Assembly: GCA_963817955.1 (NCBI GenBank)
Contig: CAWFQK010000002.1
Coordinates: forward strand, 960,001 to 1,024,000
Source of the DNA: an uncultured Gemmatimonadaceae bacterium
Lineage (GTDB): Bacteria; Gemmatimonadota; Gemmatimonadetes; Gemmatimonadales; Gemmatimonadaceae
DNA length: 64,000 nt
Reading direction: 5' to 3'
Numbering within the stretch: the stretch's first letter is position 1; the number at the start of each line of letters is the position of its first letter. Below, one piece after another: positions 58,035-64,000 of the stretch. The translations under genes and the position numbers were made by a program. The notes below the pieces were generated by a model. The model had not been told where the DNA came from, ran no database searches, and saw nothing but the letters and a program-made list of their open reading frames with translations.

Positions 58035-59003
58035 GTGAAAGCCATTCGGGTACACGAGACGGGCGGGCCGGAGGTGCTGCGGTTCGAGGATATTGCCGAG
58101 CCGCGGCCCGCTGCTGGTGAACTGCTGATCGACGTCGAAGCGATCGGCGTCAACTTCATAGAGATCTATCAGCGCGAAGGCCTCTATCCTGGGGCTCGGC
58201 CATTCACGCTCGGCTCCGAAGCGTGCGGGGTGGTGCGCGAGTGTGGTGCAGGGGTCAGTGGATTCGTCACCGGCGACCGCGTCGTCTCGCAGAGCGTGAA
58301 AGGTGCGTACGCCGAGCGCGCCGTGGTGCCCGCCGAACGAACGGTGCTCGTTCCGGGCGGCGTGTCGTCGAAGTCTGCCGCGGCCGTGTGGTTACAGGGG
58401 CTGACCGCACACTATCTGTCGCATTCCACCGTCCCGCTCAAGAATGGCGATCGCGCGTTGATTCACGCTGCGGCGGGCGGCGTCGGTCTCCTGCTCTGCC
58501 AGATGGCAAAGAAGCGTGGCGCGTTCGTGATCGGCACGGCGTCTACAGAGGAGAAACGGCTGCTCGCGCATCAGGCAGGTGCCGATGAGGTCATCGACTA
58601 TACCTCAAAGGATTTTGCTGCTGAAACCCGCCATATCACGAACAATGCGGGCGTTCACGTGGTATATGATTCGGTGGGCAAGACCACCTTTGACAAGTCG
58701 CTCGATTCGCTTGCGCCGCGCGGCCTGCTCGCGCTGTTCGGCCAATCGAGTGGCCCCGTACCACCATTCGATCCACAGATACTCAATCGCAAGGGCTCGT
58801 TGTTCCTGACACGGCCGACATTGAATCATCATGTGGCAACCCGCGAAGAGTTGCTGTCGCGTGCCAATGCGCTGCTCGGCTGGGTGGTGCGCGGCGAGCT
58901 GTCGGTTCGCATTGGGTGCGAGTTCCCGTTGGCGCATGCTGCGGATGCGCAGCGCGCGTTGGCAGGACGGCAGACCACAGGCAAGGTTCTGCTCGTTCCG
59001 TAA
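58035..59003 (+). CDS. qor: NADPH:quinone oxidoreductase (zeta-crystallin family)
   Basis: GGPEVL, HAAAGGVG, VYDSVG, GSLFLTRP, TTGKVLL. Confidence 0.92.
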   Translation: MKAIRVHETGGPEVLRFEDIAEPRPAAGELLIDVEAIGVNFIEIYQREGLYPGARPFTLGSEACGVVRECGAGVSGFVTGDRVVSQSVKGAYAERAVVPAERTVLVPGGVSSKSAAAVWLQGLTAHYLSHSTVPLKNGDRALIHAAAGGVGLLLCQMAKKRGAFVIGTASTEEKRLLAHQAGADEVIDYTSKDFAAETRHITNNAGVHVVYDSVGKTTFDKSLDSLAPRGLLALFGQSSGPVPPFDPQILNRKGSLFLTRPTLNHHVATREELLSRANALLGWVVRGELSVRIGCEFPLAHAADAQRALAGRQTTGKVLLVP

Positions 59004-59050
59004 TACGGAAAACCCGTCGAGCCGGTGAAGGTCACGCGCCCGCGCAGTGC

Positions 59051-59090
59051 CAGTCGTGTGGCCACCGCCGGAGCTGTAGCCACACGACTG
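59051..59090. terminator. Hairpin between qor and the truncated array-associated gene
   Basis: CAGTCGTGTGGC...GCCACACGACTG 12-bp stem, extendable; no clear U-tract. Confidence 0.5.
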
Positions 59091-59129
59091 CCTCGAGACT
59101 ACGCAACATCAACCTGCTTACGTCACCGC

Positions 59130-59591
59130 TTACGTCACCGCGGGCGCCGTCGCGACCTGCGGCGCCGACCCCCCAGCGGTTGCTGCCACCGGCGGCGCGC
59201 CGGCGCCGCTGACGGCGGCCGGCACCTGCACTGATCCCTTCAGCACGACCCGTCTCGCCACACGCCAGCCGGCGAGGAAAGCCGGATCACCAGCAAATTG
59301 CTTGCTGATGACCGCGTTCAGCATGTTCACCGCCTCCCGCGCCCGGGCCAGCTCCTGCGTCATCGCCTGCGTTGCCCCGGCCCGACGGACCTTGGTGTTG
59401 CCACGCTCGGCGACCACCGCCTCCACCGCGGCGGCAGCGGCACCAAGTTGCTGCAGGGTGTCCGTGGGAAACCCACCCTGCACGAGCGTATCGGCATGCG
59501 GGGAGGCCGCCGTGGCCATCGCGCGTGCCGCGTGCACGAGCTGCTTGGGACGCAGCGACGACACGGGCGTGGTGAGGGCGGACAGAATGTC
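59130..59591 (-). pseudogene. 5'-truncated paralog of the 38541-39300 protein
   Basis: Ungapped similarity (LTTP, AAxAM, GxPxDxL, RxGAT, LN, WxxAxRV) starting at about residue 95 of the paralog; the missing 5' part is replaced by repeats. Confidence 0.75.
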
Positions 59592-59599
59592 CGCTCGCC

Positions 59600-59990
59600 C
59601 ACGCTGACAGCGCGCACGGGTCGCCGAAAGGCGCGAGCAGGTCGCTGAATCACGCGAGCAGGTCAGCGAAAACCGCGACCGGGTCGCCGAAACACGTGAC
59701 GGGTCAACGAAACGCGCGAGCGGGTCAACGAAAGGCCCGAGCGGGTCAGTGAATCACGCCGAGGGTCGGCCGTACAGCGCTTGCATTGCGTATTTCAGCG
59801 CTTGCATCGCGTATTTCAGCGCTTGCATCGCGGTATTTCAGAGCTTGTATCGCGTATTTCAGCGCTTCCATCGCGTATTTCAGCGCTTCCATCGCGTATT
59901 TCAGCGCTTCCATCGCGATATTTCAGTGCTTGTATCGCGATTTTCACCGCTTCTATCGCGTCGTACAGCGCTGATGGGGCGAAATCACCG
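59600..59990. repeat. Second 21-bp-period tandem array with two sub-blocks
   Basis: Block A about 7 units like GTCGCTGAATCACGCGAGCAG (59620-59765); block B about 9 units like CAGCGCTTCCATCGCGTATTT (59775-59965); a few 20/22-bp units. Confidence 0.92.
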
Positions 59991-60001
59991 ATGTGAACAC
60001 G

Positions 60002-60047
60002 AATGCCACGAATGCGTGCGACGGTTGTCGCGCCCATTCGTGGCATT
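60002..60047. repeat. Long palindrome/hairpin
   Basis: AATGCCACGAATG-CGTGCGAC-GGTT-GTCGCGCC-CATTCGTGGCATT; 21-bp arms with one mismatch and one G-T pair. Confidence 0.8.
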
Positions 60048-60300
60048 ATTGGCGTTCGCGCTCCGGGTTCAGCGATCGCTCATCGGCGAATCAGAGCTGG
60101 AGTCGCACTGCCCCCTACTATCTAGTCTCCGCTGGCGCACGCCAGCGCAAGAGTAAACTATCGTTTTCGCCAACTTTCTTTTGACAACAACCAAATAGTT
60201 GTGTTTTCGAGACTGAGGTGTTTGTAAGGTGAATGGCCAAAGTCTCGAGCCCACCTTCGCGCCGAGTGCCGACATAGGCGACACTCGACGCGGAACGTAG

Positions 60301-63162
60301 CTACTGGATCGGTCCGCCCTTCTTCGTCTGGGGTACGCCGTCCGTCATCCACTTCGGCGCCGGCGTGCCCTTGAGGTAGTGATCGAAGAACTGTTTCATC
60401 CGCTCCTGGAAATCCTTCTGGTTCTCCTTCTTGGCAAGATGGTGCGGTTCGCCTGGATATGAGAGCAGAATCACCTGCTTGCCCCAGCGCCGCGCCGCGC
60501 CGTACAGCTCGAGGCCCTGATGCCAATCCACGGCGTTGTCCGCCGTGCCGTGCAGGATCAGGAACGGCGTCTTGATGTTGCGAACATTGTAGACCGCCGA
60601 CTGCTCTTCGAATAGTTGGTGGTTGTCCCACGGGTTGGTGCCCATGCGCACCTGACCCACTTCCACAATGCCCTGCTGGAGCGTGCCCGTTCCCGGATAC
60701 GTCTCGTCGTAGAAGCTCACGAGATCGGTTGGCGGTGCGCCCGTCACGACGGCAGCGAACATGTTCGTCTGCGTCAGGATGAACGACGTCTGGTATCCGC
60801 CCCAGCTATGGCCCTGGATGCCGATGTGCTTTGGATCGGCGTAGCCCATCTCGATGACCTTCTTCACGCCACTCGTGACGCAATCGAGGGCCGAGGTGCC
60901 CGGCTTGCCGATTTCGTAGACGATGTCGGGCTCGAACACCAGGTAGCCATCGCTCGCGTACTCGGCAAAGTGCGGGCGGTCGTCGAACGCCGGCATGGGG
61001 AATTGGTGATGCGTGTTCGACAACAGCTCGTAGAAGTACACGAGCATGGGGTACTGCTTTCCGGGCTGGTAGTTCGCCGGTAATGTGAGCGTGCCTTGCA
61101 GACGCTGGCCCTTGCTGTTCTTGAAATCGACGAGCACACGCGTGCCCCAGGCGTATTCGTCAATGATGGGATTGGCATTCGTCAACTTGGTGGGCGACGC
61201 GAACGCCGTGTTCGACAACCAGTAATCGGGTGACTGGGTGAAGCTCTGCCGGGTGAAGATCACGCGATCGGCGTTCTCCGCTTTCACCGCCTGGCCCACT
61301 GATGCGTCCTCGTAGATCAGCGGCACCGGCTTGGCGCCAGGCGCCAGCGTGTAATAGCCGGACTTCTTCGTCCACTCGCCGTACGCCGAGAGGAGCAGTG
61401 GCTTCGAGAGATCGACGCCCTCGTCTTCCTCGCCCTGCGCGGCGCCAAACGCGCCGCCGCCGCGACCACCACGACCACCACCTTGCCGGTCGAGACGCAG
61501 GAGCCGGAACTGAATCTGCTGCGCGTCGCCCACTCCCCCCGTGAGATTCACTGCCTTGCCGCCATCGAGCGGCAGCAGGTAGAGGTCGAAACGATGATTG
61601 ACGATGACCGATTTGCCGTCCTTCGACCAGCCCGCGACGCCGTACGTTGGCTTCTCGTATGGATGGTCGTCCGTCGCATCGATAAAGCTCACGTTGCCGC
61701 CGAGTGTGACGTTGCGTCCCGTTTCGGTGTTGTAGACAACGATCTTCTTGTCCTTCAGATAGAGAAACCACTTGCCGTTGGGCGAACTGCCCATGGTGCG
61801 CATGAGACCATTGGCGATCGGCGAGCGTTCACCCGTCTCGGTGTTCACGCGGAAGTAGTCTGCGCGATTGCCGCCCCACTGCACTTCGGTGCGATACGTG
61901 GTATCGATGCGGCCAATCGCCCATTTCGGATCGGGAGTCGCCGTCACGTTGCGCATGACCTCATCGGACACGCGCACCAGCGTTCCGCTCGACACATTGA
62001 ACACGGCAGGCAACGTGGTGCGACGCTCGGCGGCGAGCCGGATCATCTGCACCGACTGCACTTCGGCATCCTTCCAGTGCCAGACGTCGACGTTGGCCTG
62101 CGGCTCCGTGCTGGGCGTGGCGGGCGTCTTGTCCGGCTCCTGATCCTTGAGGCCGACGTATATACGCGATCCGTCGCGTGTCCACCGCAGCGCTCCGAGC
62201 TCGCTGAGCACGTACTGCTTGGGGAAGCCAGCGTCCTTCGCGGGATCGTATTCAGTGAGACGCGGCTTGATGCTCCCGACGTCCTGCCACACCATGAGGA
62301 CGTTGTCCTTCTGCACATTCTCTTTCTTCTTGTCGCCCTTCAGCACGGCCAGCGAGGAGCCCTTGTCGCTCCACGTGAGCTGGTCGAAGTCGGCGGCAGC
62401 AGAGCTCAGCACCTTGGACTGACTGGTGGCGAGATCCACGACGTAGACGCCATTGCCCATGCGATCGGCGGCGTCCACGGTGTAGGCGAGCAAGTGTCCG
62501 GCGTCGTCGAAGTCGTACAGATTCACGTTGCCGATGTTCTGGACGAGACCCGTTGTCAGTTCGCGCAGGACCAGATCGGCTCCGTTCTGCTTGGCAGACT
62601 GATTGGCCTTGTTCGTCCGCACCGCCAGAAAATGCGAGCCCTTGGCGAATTTGAATGTCATCCCGTCAGGCACCGAGTACTTGTCGCCGGTTGCCAGGTC
62701 GAGCAGCTCGAAGCGGCGCTGAGGTGCAGCGGCCGGAGCGGCGTCACCTGCCTGGCCACGCCCGCCTCCACGTCCACCACGTCCGCCACGTCCACCGGCG
62801 GGAGTTGGGGGGGCCACGAAGTAGCCAACGAAGCGCGAGTCGTCGGAGAATACCGGCGCTGACCCAACTGGAATGGAGTACGTCTTGGTGCCATCGAGCT
62901 GGCGAACGAACAACGTTCCGTCGCCCTCGTTCGGCGTTTGGACGTACGTCATCCACTTGCCGTCGGCCGACAGCGCGGCGTTGCCAATACGGTTCCAGCG
63001 GCCAATGTCGGCGAGACCAAGAACCTTTTTGGCGCCGGGTTCGGCCTTCGACGCGGCAGCCGGCGGCGCGGCGGTCGCCGCGTTCTGGGCGTGCGCCGGA
63101 AGCGCGATAGCGGCCGTCGCCATGAAGGCGAGGATGTAGCGAATGGGGGTGTTGCGAGACAT
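60301..63162 (-). CDS. Secreted S9 family serine peptidase (beta-propeller plus alpha/beta hydrolase)
   Basis: Signal peptide, GHSWGG nucleophile, HGTADNAV, GEPHH; ATG 63162 with GGAG RBS. Confidence 0.92.
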   Translation of the reverse strand: MSRNTPIRYILAFMATAAIALPAHAQNAATAAPPAAASKAEPGAKKVLGLADIGRWNRIGNAALSADGKWMTYVQTPNEGDGTLFVRQLDGTKTYSIPVGSAPVFSDDSRFVGYFVAPPTPAGGRGGRGGRGGGRGQAGDAAPAAAPQRRFELLDLATGDKYSVPDGMTFKFAKGSHFLAVRTNKANQSAKQNGADLVLRELTTGLVQNIGNVNLYDFDDAGHLLAYTVDAADRMGNGVYVVDLATSQSKVLSSAAADFDQLTWSDKGSSLAVLKGDKKKENVQKDNVLMVWQDVGSIKPRLTEYDPAKDAGFPKQYVLSELGALRWTRDGSRIYVGLKDQEPDKTPATPSTEPQANVDVWHWKDAEVQSVQMIRLAAERRTTLPAVFNVSSGTLVRVSDEVMRNVTATPDPKWAIGRIDTTYRTEVQWGGNRADYFRVNTETGERSPIANGLMRTMGSSPNGKWFLYLKDKKIVVYNTETGRNVTLGGNVSFIDATDDHPYEKPTYGVAGWSKDGKSVIVNHRFDLYLLPLDGGKAVNLTGGVGDAQQIQFRLLRLDRQGGGRGGRGGGAFGAAQGEEDEGVDLSKPLLLSAYGEWTKKSGYYTLAPGAKPVPLIYEDASVGQAVKAENADRVIFTRQSFTQSPDYWLSNTAFASPTKLTNANPIIDEYAWGTRVLVDFKNSKGQRLQGTLTLPANYQPGKQYPMLVYFYELLSNTHHQFPMPAFDDRPHFAEYASDGYLVFEPDIVYEIGKPGTSALDCVTSGVKKVIEMGYADPKHIGIQGHSWGGYQTSFILTQTNMFAAVVTGAPPTDLVSFYDETYPGTGTLQQGIVEVGQVRMGTNPWDNHQLFEEQSAVYNVRNIKTPFLILHGTADNAVDWHQGLELYGAARRWGKQVILLSYPGEPHHLAKKENQKDFQERMKQFFDHYLKGTPAPKWMTDGVPQTKKGGPIQ

Positions 63163-63304
63163 GAGATCTCCAGCAGTCCAGAGAAGACCGCAGGCGCTGC
63201 AGCGCGGAGCGGTCGTGCGGGTTGCCGAATATACGCGCCGGGGTGGGAGTCCGCTCGCTCGCGCCGGTGCTTGACGCACCCACGAGGGAGACGATGTTTC
63301 GCCG

Positions 63305-64000
63305 ATGCGAATCCGGATCATCGCCCTGGCGCTCATCGCCACGGCCTGCGCCACGTTTCCGCTCCCGTTCCGGCGAACGGCGCCAACGCCGACGCCAGCG
63401 CCAACGCCGGTGCCGGCAGTCGCCTCCAAACCGGCCGACCGGCCTGTTCCCTACCCCGTATTCGAGACGCACGCGTTCGCGCATGCGGTAGAGCGGGGAA
63501 CCCGCACCAGGACGGGCGCGCCTGGCCCCAAATACTGGCAGCAGTTTGCCCGGTATAGCATAGACGCCGAGCTCGTGCCGACGACAAGCCAGATCAACGG
63601 CCGGGAGTCGGTACGCTACTTCAATCGGTCGCCAGACACGCTACGAACGATCTGGATGTTCGTGAATCAGAATGTGTTCAAGCCAGGCGCCGCTCGCTCG
63701 GTTCCGATGCCGGTCACCACCGGCATGGAGATCTTGCGACTGGCGATAGCCGGTCAGACTCTGGAAAAGCACGACATCGGCACCGGGTATTCCATCGATG
63801 GGACCGTGATGTCGATTCGACCGCCGCGCGCATTGGCACCGCACGATTCGATCGACATCGACGTCGCGTGGGCCTTTCAGGTCCCGTCCGACGGCGCCCC
63901 GCGTGAGGGAACGACCGGCGACGTGTTCATGGTGGCATACTGGTACCCGCAGTTCGCCGTCTATGACGACGTGAACGGCTGGCAGCTCGACCCGTACCTC
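63305..64000 (+). CDS. M1-family metallopeptidase-like lipoprotein, partial (runs off the window)
   Basis: MRIRIIALALIATAC lipobox; GAPGPKYWQQ..Y.IDAEL, Y.NRSPDTL, WYPQFAVYDDVNGW; the HExxH motif is not within the window. Confidence 0.8.
   Translation, partial: MRIRIIALALIATACATFPLPFRRTAPTPTPAPTPVPAVASKPADRPVPYPVFETHAFAHAVERGTRTRTGAPGPKYWQQFARYSIDAELVPTTSQINGRESVRYFNRSPDTLRTIWMFVNQNVFKPGAARSVPMPVTTGMEILRLAIAGQTLEKHDIGTGYSIDGTVMSIRPPRALAPHDSIDIDVAWAFQVPSDGAPREGTTGDVFMVAYWYPQFAVYDDVNGWQLDPYL

Noticed and set aside
59116..59139. 12-bp direct duplication (GCTTACGTCACC) at the paralog stop as a target-site duplication
   Set aside because: The copies are adjacent rather than flanking an element; local slippage is more likely.
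59749..60184. Short ORFs across array 2
   Set aside because: They are repeat-derived, broken by 1-bp indels, and lack RBS support.
60181..60210. TTGACA as a + strand promoter
   Set aside because: There is no acceptable -10 at 16-18 bp and no + strand gene downstream.
1..64000. Many long overlapping or antisense ORFs in the track (e.g. 2191-3243, 33164-34435, 56851-58026, 61483-62862)
   Set aside because: They are shadow frames of well-supported genes, expected at high GC, and show no recognisable motifs.
1..64000. tRNA, rRNA, integrase, transposase or prophage genes
   Set aside because: None was recognisable by eye; a tRNAscan/HMM run would be needed to exclude them fully.

Overview
This is a GC-rich bacterial chromosomal segment; gene content and repeat style suggest Gemmatimonadota, which is an inference. 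About 45 genes are mostly housekeeping: TamA/TamB plus a lipid kinase, a peptide ABC pair, a ferredoxin-NADP reductase-like enzyme, pduO, aroB, a sigma-70 factor, a hybrid histidine kinase, a GH18-deacetylase-GT2 fusion, glcDEF, ygfZ, a molybdopterin oxidoreductase, an AAA/VWA pair, mutY, gltA, yggT/yggU, metH-yitJ under a SAM-II-like riboswitch, and several peptidases. I found no rRNA, tRNA, transposase, cas or reverse-transcriptase gene. The standout signal is a module present twice (about 37.3-39.4 kb, + strand; about 59.05-60.15 kb, - strand). Each copy has a shared upstream motif, a degenerate tandem array with a 21-bp period, a homologous Ala-rich helical hypothetical gene and a downstream hairpin. 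Copy 1 has 45 indel-free units with invariant adenine columns and a frameshifted gene of about 250 aa; the gene in copy 2 is 5'-truncated. Other points of interest are a prolyl oligopeptidase homolog lacking its catalytic Ser and His, a HAD protein with ExE instead of DxD, and mosaic intergenic repeats (7-bp microsatellites just after stop codons, a dispersed ~110-bp element, REP-like half-sites, one of them in-frame inside metH). Functional calls come from motif recognition only; no searches were run.
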